NCBI GenBank assembly: GCA_963760795.1
Contig: CAVXEP010000031.1
Coordinates: 46,493 to 110,492 of the forward strand
Source: an uncultured delta proteobacterium
Lineage (GTDB): Bacteria; Desulfobacterota; Binatia; UBA9968
DNA: 64,000 bases
Direction of reading: 5' to 3'
The notes under the pieces are model-generated. The model was given only the letters and a program-made list of their open reading frames with translations. It ran no database searches and was not told where the DNA came from. Below are positions 19,794 to 28,693 of this stretch, piece by piece. The translations under genes and the position numbers were made by a program. Each line of letters starts with the position of its first letter. The stretch's first letter is position 1.

Positions 19794-20594
19794 ATGAACA
19801 CTTTAAAGCTCGCTTCCTGCATGGCGGAGAACACCGAAGATTTCTGTCGAGCTATCGCCGAGTATCTCCAACGGAAGCTCAATGTCCCGACGGAGTATGT
19901 CACCGGGATACCATGGCAGGAGCGTGAAGCGCTCTTCGATGGCGGCGAGATTCAAGTGCTTTGGCTCTGTGGATTACCCTACGTGCACAAGGCCGACCTT
20001 GCCGAGAGCAGCATGGAGTTGCTCGCCGTGCCGATACCGGTGGGAGAGCGCTATGGATCGAGACCCGTTTATTTTTCCGACGTGGTCGTGCGCCGGGACA
20101 GCACTTGCCGATCTTTCCGTGACCTGCGTGGCGCGACCTGGGCTTACAACGAGCCGCGCTCCCATTCCGGTTTTAACGTCGTGCGCGCGCATCTGTTCGA
20201 TCTCGGCGAAGTCGATCATTTTTTTGCCGCGGCGGTGGAAGCCGGCGCCCATTCCAAGTCGTTGCAAATGATCTTATCGGGAGCCGTCGACGGCGCGGCC
20301 ATCGACAGCACCGTGTTGGAGTGGCTCGGCGGCCAGCGGAATGATCTAGCGGATGAGATTCGCGTGATCGACACCATCGGGCCGAGTCCGATTCCGCCCT
20401 GGGTGATCTCGCGCCAGGTTGCGCCATCCCAACGGCAGGCGCTGCGCCAGTTGCTCGGCGAGATGCATCTCGATCCCGCTGGCCGCGAGGTCCTCTCGGA
20501 TGGCCGATGGTTGCGTTTTACCGCGGCCAATGATCACGATTACGATCCGATTCGGGCGATGGCGCTTAAGGCCGAGCGGGTTTCGTTAGTTTGA
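19794..20594 (+). CDS. PhnD/SsuA/transferrin-fold binding protein, no obvious signal peptide
   Basis: CGLPY, YFSDVVV, SHSG and AAIDS motifs. Confidence 0.8.
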   Translation: MNTLKLASCMAENTEDFCRAIAEYLQRKLNVPTEYVTGIPWQEREALFDGGEIQVLWLCGLPYVHKADLAESSMELLAVPIPVGERYGSRPVYFSDVVVRRDSTCRSFRDLRGATWAYNEPRSHSGFNVVRAHLFDLGEVDHFFAAAVEAGAHSKSLQMILSGAVDGAAIDSTVLEWLGGQRNDLADEIRVIDTIGPSPIPPWVISRQVAPSQRQALRQLLGEMHLDPAGREVLSDGRWLRFTAANDHDYDPIRAMALKAERVSLV

Positions 20595-20661
20595 TCGCCT
20601 GTGATAAATGATTCGTCAGCTTATTGAATATCCCGTCGACAACCCTAGGAGGAGTTGACCC

Positions 20662-21129
20662 ATGGCTAGTTTAGAAGGTAAAAAGGCCCCGGCCTTTAGT
20701 CTGGAAGGCAACGATGGCAAGACGCATTCGCTAGAAGACTACAAAGGCAAAACCGTCGTGCTGTATTTTTATCCAAAGGACAACACGCCCGGTTGCACCA
20801 AGGAAGCCTGCGGGTTTCGCGATCTGAATGCGGCATTGAAAAAATCAAACGCCGTGGTCATGGGCGTCAGTAAGGATAGCCTCGACTCGCACAACAAGTT
20901 TGTCGAGAAGTTTAAATTGCCTTTTGTGCTGTTGTCCGATCCGAAGCTCGAGATGATGAAGAAGTACAGCGCTTACGGCAAAAAAATGATGTACGGCAAG
21001 GAAGTGCAGGGAACGATTCGTTCCACCGTCGTCATCGGTCCCAAGGGTGACGTGATCAAGCATTGGACTACGGTCAAGAAAGCTGAGGAACACCCGCAAG
21101 CAGTGCTCGACTATCTAAAAAATAGTTAG
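20662..21129 (+). CDS. bcp: BCP/PrxQ peroxiredoxin (Cys form)
   Basis: YPKDNTPGCTKEACGFRD; AGGAGG RBS. Confidence 0.95.
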   Translation: MASLEGKKAPAFSLEGNDGKTHSLEDYKGKTVVLYFYPKDNTPGCTKEACGFRDLNAALKKSNAVVMGVSKDSLDSHNKFVEKFKLPFVLLSDPKLEMMKKYSAYGKKMMYGKEVQGTIRSTVVIGPKGDVIKHWTTVKKAEEHPQAVLDYLKNS

Positions 21130-21172
21130 CGCCGCGCTCTTAAACGGCAACGTTGTCGTTGGCTGTCAAGAA

Positions 21173-21224
21173 TTGACAACCGGCCTTTAAGGGGTATGAT
21201 CCACACCACATTAAAACAAACTAT
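21173..21224 (+). promoter_or_regulatory. Sigma70 promoter plus downstream LysR-like box
   Basis: TTGACA-16 nt-TATGAT; ATTA-N7-CTAT at 21210-21224. Confidence 0.6.
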
Positions 21225-21244
21225 CTATCGAACAGGGAGGACCT

Positions 21245-22343
21245 ATGGATCGCCGTGAATTTTTGAAACAGGGCTTGTCCGCCTCGGCGGGATTGGCCTT
21301 GGCCGGTATGCCGAAATTCGCCGGTTGGGCGCACGCCGATGATCCGACCAAGTGGCGCACTTTCGAGGTGACGACGACTATCGAAGTGAAGGATCCGGTG
21401 GGCGGCGTGCGCACGTGGATACCCGTGCCGTTAACCAGCGCCACGGATTATTTTAAGCGCGAACCTGATACCTGGACGGGCAACTTCAAAGCCGCCCGCG
21501 CGGTGCAATACGACAAGTACGGCACGGGCCTGGTTTTCGCTGAATGGGCTCCCAGCGAAAAGGCGCCGGCATTGGAAGTGAAGAGCCGCTTCATGACCCG
21601 CGACCGTCAGGTCGATGTGAACGGCAAGCCCAATGCCGCGATCAAAGAGAACCCGGCGGTGCTGACTTATTTTCGCCAACCGTCCAAGTTAATCCGCACT
21701 GACGGCATCGTGGCGACGACCTCGAAGAGCATCGTGATGGGATTGAAAACCGATGTCGATAAGGCCAAAGCGATTTACGAATGGATTGTCGACAATACCT
21801 TCCGCGATGCCAAGGTCAAGGGCTGCGGCATCGGTGATATTTCCACCATGCTAGAAAGCGGCTACTTGGGCGGTAAATGCGCCGATCTTAATGCCCTGTA
21901 CGTCGGTCTCGCCCGCGCCGCGGGTTTGCCGGCCCGCGACGTCTACGGCGTGCGTGTCGCCGCCTCTTCGGAATTCAAGAGCCTGGGCCGGGCCGACGAT
22001 ATCACGGGGGCACAGCACTGCCGCGCTGAAGTTTATCTCAATCAGTATGGCTGGCTGCCGATAGATCCGGCTGACGTGCGTAAAGTTGTCCTCGAAGAGA
22101 ACCTGCCGGCAGAGCCATTGCCGCTGACCGATCCCAAGGTGAAGCGCGCGCGCGAGAAACTTGTTTGGCGCCTGGGAAATGAACTGGCTGCCGTACAACT
22201 ACGCCCACGACGTCAAGCTGCCTAATTCCAAACTTTCGGAAGTCGCGTTTTTCATGTACCCGCAGTTGGAAACCGCCAATGGCCGGCGTGATAGTTTGGA
22301 CCCGGCGAATTTCAAATACACGATCAAGTCAAAAGAAGTCTAG
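21245..22343 (+). CDS. Tat-exported transglutaminase-like cysteine-protease-fold protein (frameshift near 22160)
   Basis: MDRREFLK Tat motif; triad GKCAD / QHCRAE / PIDP; C-terminus in ORF 22161..22343. Confidence 0.85.
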
Positions 22344-22368
22344 AGCGAAATTTTCGACGATGACCTAG

Positions 22369-22404
22369 ACAAGGCCGCCACAATTTGGCGGCCTTGTTAT
22401 TTTT
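22369..22404 (+). terminator. Rho-independent terminator
   Basis: ACAAGGCCGCCA-loop-TGGCGGCCTTGT followed by TATTTTT. Confidence 0.75.
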
Positions 22405-22472
22405 GCCGGCTCATATTCGCGGAGGGTATCCAGGAGAGGGCGGACACGTGGATCCGCCGCTGCTTTTAGAAC

Positions 22473-23332
22473 CTACCTGCTCAGGGCCTCTTGAATTGCC
22501 CGGGCGACGTAAACGTGGGTGAGATGGGCGCGGTACTCCGACGAGCCGTTGATATCTTCGATGACTTCGATATTGCGGGTTGACTCAGCGGCGGCTTCCT
22601 CGATCAACTTCTGGTCGAGTTTTTTTCCAGTTAACATCTGTTCGGTGCGCTCGGGCCGGTAGGCTTTGTCAGCGACACCGGTGATGCCGATCGCCGCGCG
22701 GCTGCATGTGCCGGCGGCATCGATAGCCAAGCGCACGGCGACTCCGGTGACGGCGAAACCGGAAGAGCGTGGCGCGGCTTTTTGATAGGCAGTCTTGTCG
22801 TTGCCGGTTATCGGCACCTTGATTCCAGTGACGATCTCGTCCGGCTCCAGCACGCTCATCAATAAACCGAGAAAGAAGTCGTCGCACTTCACAAAGCGCT
22901 CGCCGCTGGGACCGAAGACGCGAATCTCGGCATCGAGGGCGATTACAGCCGCCGGCCAATCGCCGGCCGGATCGGCGTGGGCGATGCTGCCGCCGATGGT
23001 GCCGCGGTTACGCACCTGCACGTCGGCGATGGTGGTGGCGGTTTGCGGCAGCAGCGGACACTTGGCTTTGAGCAGGTCGGAATATTCAATCTGCTCGTGA
23101 GTGACCAGCGCGCCGATGATGAGATTGTTGCCGTCTTCGCTTATGGTATCCAAGCCGGGGATGCGGCCGATGTCGACGATGTAGGCAGGCTTTGACAAGC
23201 GCATTTTCATCAGCGGCAGCAAGCTCTGCCCGCCGGAGAGAATTTTTACATCGTCTCGATGATCCGCGGAAGACCTTTAACCGCGTCGGCGAGAGATCGG
23301 GGCGCAAAGTATTCGAAGGAGCCGGGTATCAT
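22473..23332 (-). CDS. Mo-hydroxylase FAD-binding subunit (CoxM/CutM-like; frameshift near the 5' end)
   Basis: MIPGSFEYFAP start; SGGQSL; QVRNRGTIGGS; DPAGD. Confidence 0.85.
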
Positions 23333-23334
23333 GA

Positions 23335-25761
23335 CTAGAAAGTCCTCCGCTCTTTTTCCGGATTGTGATTGATCAGACGCCACACCGCCTCGGGTGTGAT
23401 CGGCAGGTCGCAAACTTTCGCGCCGTAGGGTTGCAAGGCATCCTCGACTGCACTGGCGATGGCGGCGGGCGAGGGGATCGCCGCGCCTTCGCCGGCGGCC
23501 TTTTGCCCAAGCGGCGTGAACGGCGAGGGCGAAGGCTGGTGGACGACTTCGACGCGCGGAGTTTCCGCGGTGGAGCATTTGCCGTAGTCGAGATAGGTGA
23601 TGGTCAACGGTTGGCCTTCCGGGCTGTACATGAAGCCTTCGCCCAGGGCGACGGCGATGCCATGAGCAGCTGAGCCGTAGACCTGGCCGTTGACGACATC
23701 GGGATTGATCACCGTGCCGTTGTCGCCGACGATCAAATAGCGCAGCACATGCACCGAGCCGGTGTTTTTGTCGACTTCGACAATCGCCGCATGGGCGCCG
23801 GCGGAAAAGGTAAACTGCGCGCGTACTCTTCGGTCGGCGCCGGGCACGATGTTCGGTTTGGCATGGGGAAACATGTAGTAGAAGGTCGCCTCAAGCCCTG
23901 GTTCCATATCGTCGGGGATCAGATGCTGGTTGTTGTAGGCGATGCGGCCCAACTCGGCGAAGGTGATTTGCTTCGCTGCCGCGCCGGGCACTTTCACTAC
24001 GCTGTCTTCAATCGTCAGTTCGGACGCCTCGACTTTCAGATTAAACGCTGCGAGCTTGAGAACTTTCTCGCGCAGCTTGGTCGCCGCGCCGTGGATCGCG
24101 CCAATGTCGTAGAGATGGAAATTGTTGCCGCTATTGGCCGCGGCCACGCCCCAGGAGGACAGATCGCTATCGAAGGGGATACTGGTGCTGAATCTGTCCG
24201 GTGTCGAGCCGAGGATATCGGCGGCGACTTGCGCGGTGGTCGTTTCATGGGCCTGGCCGCAGTTTGGCGAACCTAAATGAAGCGACAGCGTGCCGTTCTT
24301 TTCCAGCTTGATTTTCGCGCCGTTGACGCCGCCGGAGCCGGGCGGTTCTTTCATCTCGGGAAAGATCGCCATATCGCGCGCCGCATTGCGTCCGCCGGGC
24401 TCGACACCGACGACGATGCCGATGCCGATCAGCTTGCCTTGTTCGCGCGCTTGCTTTTGCTCTGCGCGCAACTTGTCGTAGTCGATTTTCTCTAAAAGGG
24501 TTTTTAGCAGGCCGGGGTAATCGCCGCTATCGTAGACGTTGCCGCTGATGGTCGTGTACGGCATCTCGTTGGCCTGGATGAGATTTTTCCGGCGCACTTC
24601 TATGGGGCTCAAGTTGAGCGCCTGGGCGACCCGGTCCATCATCCGTTCCCAGATGAAACACATGCCCGGCTTGCCGATGCCGCGGTTGGGGATCACCGGA
24701 CATTTGTTGGTTACCACCGCGTTGCCTTCCATGTAGATCGCCGGTGTCTTGTAGGTGTTCGACAGATTGTTGAGCTTGTTGGTGAAGTGAATCGTCAGCG
24801 TGCTGATGGAGCCGCCGACATCATCATATTCTTTAAATTTAAGACCCAACACCGTGCCATCGTTCTTCACCGCCGCTTCAGCTTCGATTTCCTGGGCGCA
24901 GGCATGGCCGCCGGCCATCATGTGTTCCGTCCGGTCCTCGATCCATTTCACCGGCCTGCCGGTTTTCATCGCCAACAGCGACACCAGCACGACGTACTTG
25001 CGGATTAAATGAATCTTTTGGCCGAAGCCGCCGCCGACATCGGGGATGATCACGCGGATGTCTTGCAGCCCGAGGGCTTCGCGCAGGCCGTCGTAGATCA
25101 CTTCCGGCACCTGAGCGGTCACCCAGACGGTAAGCCGTTTGCTCGCCGCGTCGAAGGACGCGATGACGTTGAACGGTTCCAGCGGCGTCGAGCTGTAACG
25201 ATGAATTTTTAATGTCTCGGTAACGACACGGTCGGCAGATTTAAACGCCGCGTCGATGTCGCCATATTGCAGCGAGCCGGTCCAAGCCAGGTTGCTGCCG
25301 AGCTCGTCGAACAATGCAGCCGACGAAGGTTTGATCGCTTCGTGGACATCGACGTTGGGGCGCAGCGGCTCGTAGTTGACTTGGATTAATTCGAGGGCAT
25401 CTTCCGCCGTGCCGCGATCCCACGCCGCCACCGCGCCGATCGGCTCGCCGACGTAACGAACTTTGTCCACCGCGCCGGCGTACTCGTCAATTGGTCTTTT
25501 CAAACCAGCGGCGTAACGGCCGGGTTTGAATGGCTTGGTGAGTTTCTTGACATCATCGGGTGTGATCACCGCGAAGACGTTGGGATGGGTCAGCGCCTCG
25601 GACGGATCGACGGAAAGTATTTTTGCATGGGCGTGAGGACTGCGCAGGATCATCGCCTGGAGCATGCCCGGCATGGTGAAATCGTCGGTGAAAAGACCGC
25701 GGCCAGTGACATGGCGCGGTCCTTCTTTGCTGCGCGAACGGTTGCCTACGAACTTAGCCAT
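23335..25761 (-). CDS. Xanthine-dehydrogenase-family molybdopterin large subunit
   Basis: RSPHAHA, VGGGFGQK, PNRGIGK loop, KAAGEG. Confidence 0.9.
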   Translation of the reverse strand: MAKFVGNRSRSKEGPRHVTGRGLFTDDFTMPGMLQAMILRSPHAHAKILSVDPSEALTHPNVFAVITPDDVKKLTKPFKPGRYAAGLKRPIDEYAGAVDKVRYVGEPIGAVAAWDRGTAEDALELIQVNYEPLRPNVDVHEAIKPSSAALFDELGSNLAWTGSLQYGDIDAAFKSADRVVTETLKIHRYSSTPLEPFNVIASFDAASKRLTVWVTAQVPEVIYDGLREALGLQDIRVIIPDVGGGFGQKIHLIRKYVVLVSLLAMKTGRPVKWIEDRTEHMMAGGHACAQEIEAEAAVKNDGTVLGLKFKEYDDVGGSISTLTIHFTNKLNNLSNTYKTPAIYMEGNAVVTNKCPVIPNRGIGKPGMCFIWERMMDRVAQALNLSPIEVRRKNLIQANEMPYTTISGNVYDSGDYPGLLKTLLEKIDYDKLRAEQKQAREQGKLIGIGIVVGVEPGGRNAARDMAIFPEMKEPPGSGGVNGAKIKLEKNGTLSLHLGSPNCGQAHETTTAQVAADILGSTPDRFSTSIPFDSDLSSWGVAAANSGNNFHLYDIGAIHGAATKLREKVLKLAAFNLKVEASELTIEDSVVKVPGAAAKQITFAELGRIAYNNQHLIPDDMEPGLEATFYYMFPHAKPNIVPGADRRVRAQFTFSAGAHAAIVEVDKNTGSVHVLRYLIVGDNGTVINPDVVNGQVYGSAAHGIAVALGEGFMYSPEGQPLTITYLDYGKCSTAETPRVEVVHQPSPSPFTPLGQKAAGEGAAIPSPAAIASAVEDALQPYGAKVCDLPITPEAVWRLINHNPEKERRTF

Positions 25762-26227
25762 TTTTCATTCCCTTTGCCGCTTCCTTGACCGCGTCGACGA
25801 TCTGCACATAGCCGGTGCACATGCACAGATTGCCGGCTAGAGCTTTGCGGATCTCGTCTTCCGATGGATCGGGGTTTTTCTGCAACAGCGCATGGCTAGT
25901 CATGACCATTCCAGGCGTACAATAACCGCACTGAAACGCATAATTCTTGACGAACGCTTCCTGGACTGGATTAAGCTCGCCGTCCTTGGCCAAGCCTTCG
26001 ATGGTGGTGATCTCCCGCCCGTCGGCTTGGACGGCGAAGTGCAGGCAAGATTTGACAACTTTGCCGTCCATCAAAATCGAACATGCGCCGCACTCGCCGA
26101 TGACGCAGCCGACATGAGTGCCGGTGAGGCCGATGGTCTCGCGCAGAAAATGGGCAAGCAAGATGCGTGGCTCGACCTCATCTTCGTACCGCCGGCCATT
26201 GATAGTGACACGTATGCTTCGTTTCAT
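25754..26227 (-). CDS. Mo-hydroxylase 2Fe-2S small subunit (CoxS-like)
   Basis: GCVIGECGAC, QCGYCTPG, NLCMCTGY. Confidence 0.95.
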   Translation of the reverse strand: MKRSIRVTINGRRYEDEVEPRILLAHFLRETIGLTGTHVGCVIGECGACSILMDGKVVKSCLHFAVQADGREITTIEGLAKDGELNPVQEAFVKNYAFQCGYCTPGMVMTSHALLQKNPDPSEDEIRKALAGNLCMCTGYVQIVDAVKEAAKGMKNG

Positions 26228-26547
26228 AAGGCCGGAGAATATCTGTAGAGATTCAGTGAATCAAGCTTGGCATCTCCCGTGTCTTTTCCAGCCATCCATT
26301 CGAACACGCGCGTAAGGCCGTCCGCGTCTTCGCCGGCTGCGTCGAAAAACCCGTTGTCATAAATCATCCAGTATGAAGCTGGCCCGAGACGATTTTGGCC
26401 GTTCCGTTAAGTCCACTCATGAACTAGCGAATACTAATTCACTACCCTTACGTGGACCCGGCGTGAGCGTTGGGATTTTGTTGTGCCAGCGTGGTATTGA
26501 TAGAACCTTAGAGTTGATTCATGAACTTATAGTATGGAGGCACTACA

Positions 26548-26679
26548 ATGAACCAGAATGCTAAACGTAACTTGCAACGGCGTAAGCGCCAAGCGGCGCG
26601 GGTGTCTAATCGAGAGTATTTTAAGCAAAAAAAGGAACTCACCAATACCGTGCCTGCCACAAAGGCCAAAGTGGCGTAA
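26548..26679 (+). CDS. Small basic protein (43 aa, not in ORF track)
   Basis: GGAGG RBS 7 nt before ATG; MNQNAKRNLQRRKRQAARVSNREYFKQKKELTNTVPATKAKVA. Confidence 0.55.
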   Translation: MNQNAKRNLQRRKRQAARVSNREYFKQKKELTNTVPATKAKVA

Positions 26680-26803
26680 TTCTCCGTTTGCTCAGCGACG
26701 ATCAGGCAAATCGGGCAACGCACCGGGCGGGACCTGCGCGAGCGTTGATCCAAGAATCAAGTCAGTGGCCTACCAAGGGAGCTTGGAGTGGGGTCAGCCA
26801 TCT

Positions 26804-27733
26804 TCACGTTTTTGGGCGTTTGCTATGGCTATCGACCGTGCGGGTTGCTTGCCGGATCGATCGAAGATTAGCGGCAAAAGCAGCCACCGCAAGCACAGAG
26901 AACGCGCCACCGATCATCAAAGTCCTGGGCGTGCCAACTGAGTGGGCAATGACACCGAACAATAGGCTGCCCAATGACTCGATACCGCGGCGTGCCATGA
27001 CAAAGAGACTCATGACCCTGTCACGCTTCTGGTCTTCGACGATGCTCTGGACGATGGTGTTGCTCGATGCCATCTGCATCATCAAGGAGACCCCTAGCGC
27101 CAGAGCGATAATCAATGCCATCGCCAGCGATCGCGTGAACGACAAAGCTATCAGGCCGACGCCATAAATGGCGCCGGCGATCACAATAATCTCGGCCAGC
27201 CCTTTGAGACGCCTGCGTGAGGCGAGAAATATTGCGCCGCCCAGAGCGCCGACGCCGGTGGCGGACATCAGGTAGCCGAAGACTCGAGGGCCTCCGCGCA
27301 AGATGTCTTCGGCAAATACCGGCATGAGCAGCGTGTAGGACGCGGCGATAAGACTGACCGCCGCGACCAGCATTAAGATTGATCTTATGGGCACCGAAGC
27401 GAAGGTATACGCGGCGCCTTCCAGGATCGCCGCCTTAAAATCAAGCGGACTGGCGGAATATGTCTTTTCCGGGATTTTCATCAGGAACAGCGCGCCCAAG
27501 ACTGCCAGATAACTCAAGCTATTGAGAGCAAAACAGGGCCCCTCTCCGACCACGGCGATGAGGATGCCGGCGACGGCGGGGCCTACAAGTAGTGCGCCGT
27601 TAAAAACGAAAGAGTTTAATGCGATGGCATTGGAAAGGTTCTCTCTTTCCTCGATGATATCGACAATGAAGGCTTGGCGCTTGGTAATATCGAAGGCGCT
27701 GACGACGCCAAGGAGTCCGCCGAGAACGAGCAC
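26804..27733 (-). pseudogene. MFS transporter (MFS_3/DUF894 type), 5'-truncated
   Basis: Begins at about TM4 (AFD...RQAF...NAIALNS); only ~100 bp separate it from the upstream gene, so the N-terminal helices are missing. Confidence 0.7.
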
Positions 27734-27832
27734 ATGCCGCCGGGCTCAGAGCACGCTCACTGGGTCGAATCCCCACAGCTTGCTGCGTGGTAGGCAAGAC
27801 CCGGTGGTCGGGAAATTATTTGGTGAGAAAGC

Positions 27833-28693
27833 TCAACCGGCGCGCGCTATTGCTTCGTTCGCGGCGCGGGGGACCAAGACTTTCACAAGCTCGCGTTTGT
27901 ACTCGGCAGAGCCACGATTGTCGTCGGTGGGATCGCATTCGCTGGCGGCGATTTCGCCCATTTCGCGCAATCGTTCATCATTGATGGCTTTGCCGCGCAA
28001 AATCGCTTCGGCTTTCTGAGCGTGAACTATCGTCGAGGAAACCGAATTGAGGCCGAGCCGCACATCCTCGCAGATGCCATCCATTGTTCGCACAGTGATC
28101 GCCACACCGACCGTGGCGAAATCTTCGACACTGCGCGGCGTGAATTTGATATGCGACCAGCCCTGGCGGGTCGCCGGCGGGACGTGGATTTCGGTTAACA
28201 GTTCGCCGGGCTCCATGGCGGTTTGATAGTAGTCGATGAAAAACTCGTCCAACCGCAGTGTGCGCCGCCCCTTGCTACTGGTTAGCGTCACCTCGGCATC
28301 GAGAGCGATCAGGCTGGCACCTGGATCGGTCAGCGGATCGCCGGCGGCGAGGTTGCCACCGACGGTACCCATGTTGCGGATGCGCGGCTGAGCCACCTTA
28401 CGAAAAGTTTCGTGGAGCAGCGGATAATGCTGCTGCACGGCTTTGGAAAGTTCGACGTCACGATGGCGCGCACCAGCGCCGATGCGCAGGCCGTCTTTGG
28501 CGTTGTAGCTGATTTTGTCAAACTTCGGCAGCCGCGCCAGGCTGATGACCACTTTTGGGGTGAGCAAACGCTGGCGCATCATGATGATCAACGAAGTGCC
28601 GCCGGCAATGACCCGGCCGTCGTCGCCATGCTTTTCCATCAAAGCGAAGACTTTTTTCAGCGTCGTCGGTTCCTGGTAGTCGAAACGGATCAT
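27833..28693 (-). CDS. Mo-hydroxylase FAD-binding subunit
   Basis: IAGGTSL, RIRNMGTVGGN, DNRGSAEYK. Confidence 0.9.
   Translation of the reverse strand: MIRFDYQEPTTLKKVFALMEKHGDDGRVIAGGTSLIIMMRQRLLTPKVVISLARLPKFDKISYNAKDGLRIGAGARHRDVELSKAVQQHYPLLHETFRKVAQPRIRNMGTVGGNLAAGDPLTDPGASLIALDAEVTLTSSKGRRTLRLDEFFIDYYQTAMEPGELLTEIHVPPATRQGWSHIKFTPRSVEDFATVGVAITVRTMDGICEDVRLGLNSVSSTIVHAQKAEAILRGKAINDERLREMGEIAASECDPTDDNRGSAEYKRELVKVLVPRAANEAIARAG

Noticed and set aside
23335-25761. Aerobic CO dehydrogenase CoxL
   Set aside because: Lacks the AYXCSFR (form I) and AYXGAGR (form II) loops
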